A DNA stretch of 64,000 nucleotides. Origin: Pocillopora damicornis (lineage: Eukaryota). The stretch covers positions 1 to 64,000 of the forward strand of contig NW_020844913.1 of assembly GCF_003704095.1 (NCBI RefSeq), in the 5' to 3' direction. The notes below the pieces were generated by a model. It did not search any database. It was not told the origin of the DNA and saw only the letters and a program-made list of their open reading frames with translations. Below are positions 62,511-64,000 of this stretch, piece after piece. Each line of letters opens with the position of its first letter. Position 1 is the stretch's first letter. The position numbers and the translations under genes are program-made.

Positions 62511-64000
62511 TCACCATGATGAATAACCACAACCTTTTTTATGAAATCTCTCAGTTTACAAACTAAAACTTAAAAAAGTAATAAAGAGGTCAACAATAGT
62601 AAAAATATGTAAAAAAATCTAGATGATTTACATAAGAATTCTAAGAATGGTGTGTATTAACTTTGGGGCAATGACAAAATTTATTTCCAAAATTATAAAT
62701 GTAATTTTTGATAATTTAACTCTCTCTTGTTACCACCATTTCAGAGTTGCAGCGGCAAAACTTAAATTTAGGTTTGCCTTCTATCAGCCAGCAGTCAGTA
62801 CATGCACTTGTAACACATGACTTTCATTAGTAGACTAATGAGTGAAGGGGGATAGGACATTGTCCTTGTTAAGATTCTACTAAAATATGACAATTAAGGG
62901 AAATCTGATTGTAATTGAAAAGATTAAGAAGAAGACAGAGAGGGAGCTTGCAGAACTCTCAGTTCTTCAGTTGTTACTGGTACATCATGGGCTAGTCCTC
63001 AGGGATACGTTTGCTTTCTTATGAATCTTGATGAGAGCCAAAAGTTTGAAGATGGAATTTAAAGTTTTAAGATTCCCTTAAATTGCAAAGAAATTCATAC
63101 AATTGAAGTTACTTTGGATAATCTCATATGATTACTCTAATCACTATTTAAATGTAGCTTTCTCTTGAGTCCTGATTTACAAATGACTGTTCTTTACTTT
63201 TAAATTGTTCTAGGAATGTTCAAGGGAGAGCAATGGACTTCTTGAAGGAACAAGTAGCATTTACTTTGGTGATATTGCACCATATCGCACTCCTGCACAA
63301 TCACCATCTCCAAGTAAAAGTTGCAGAAGACCAACAAGGAGTCAGAATCAATCATCTCTTCCAACGTGGCTGGATCCTCTAGGAGTCTGGCTACCCAGTA
63401 ATAAGGTAAGAACTTCTCACCACCATACACAATTTCAGGCAAACTTTGGTAAAATTTATATTACAGTATAAAAGATCTGTCTTTGAAATATTCTGCAAGA
63501 TTGTCGGTCTTAGAATGTTTTGAAGATCTGTATAGGGCTGAAGATAGAAGTAATATGAAAGTGTTTCTGTTTGCATTTTTTCAGAAACATTTAAAAAATA
63601 TCCATTCAAACTTTAAGCAGCATTTCATTAAAGATGTTACATTGATTGTGTTAGATAGTGTGGCTTTTGGTTTCTATAATAATTCATGTAATACTTTCTA
63701 GTTATGGAGCATTTATGCTGCAGAATGCATAAACAATGTTGGGTTGTACATTGCACAAATAATATCTAAATATGGTAAGCAATGCACTGTTGGTTTTTGC
63801 TATGTTTCAAGAAAATTGCCATAGTTTGAAACATAAGAAGATGAGAAGTTAGTTGGATTGAAAAAATTTCCATTAAAGAAAAGTGTGTCATTGAATTGAT
63901 GTTTAAATTGTTTAAAATCCAACAAAATTTTTATGGGAATTCTCTTACCTCCTTACTTATCCTCTTGCAGGTTTTCTCACCCTGTCTTTTCCATTCCTTT

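Noticed and set aside
63200-64000. Possible minus-strand exons at the window end (GTAAGA donor near 63947; ORF 63200-63442)
   Set aside because: No recognisable homology, and I could not link them in frame to the JIP-like gene; left unannotated.

Overview
AT-rich eukaryotic genomic DNA with five N-gaps. It most likely comes from a scleractinian coral or other anthozoan, judged from the intronless GPCR types and repeat families I recognise from memory; this was not checked. Left to right the window holds: a LINE endonuclease remnant, an uncharacterised minus-strand gene with an in-frame stop (3.6-5.1 kb), and a tandem cluster of four intronless class A GPCR paralogues (9.9-21.8 kb), two of them inside a ~4-4.7 kb segmental duplication carrying a dead LINE. 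Next is a >20-exon plus-strand polytopic membrane protein gene resembling plant NO EXINE FORMATION 1 (22.2-35.3 kb). The main discovery is a gene the ORF track cannot show (36.2-45.9 kb). A signal-peptide exon is followed by about 46 tandem ~144-bp units, each a 69-nt phase-1 exon encoding an Asp/Glu-rich 23-mer (GEPDGDEDVEWRDSEDDDLIDSE) plus a ~75-nt GT-AG intron that appears to derive from former coding sequence. The predicted product is a secreted hyper-acidic protein and a candidate skeletal matrix protein. The window ends with an intronless neuropeptide-type GPCR (48.0-49.1 kb), a JIP1/2-like SH3+PTB scaffold gene on the minus strand (55.0-60.4 kb), and scattered MITEs, SINEs and palindromic elements. 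All exon models were read by hand and all homology calls rest on recalled sequences, not database searches.
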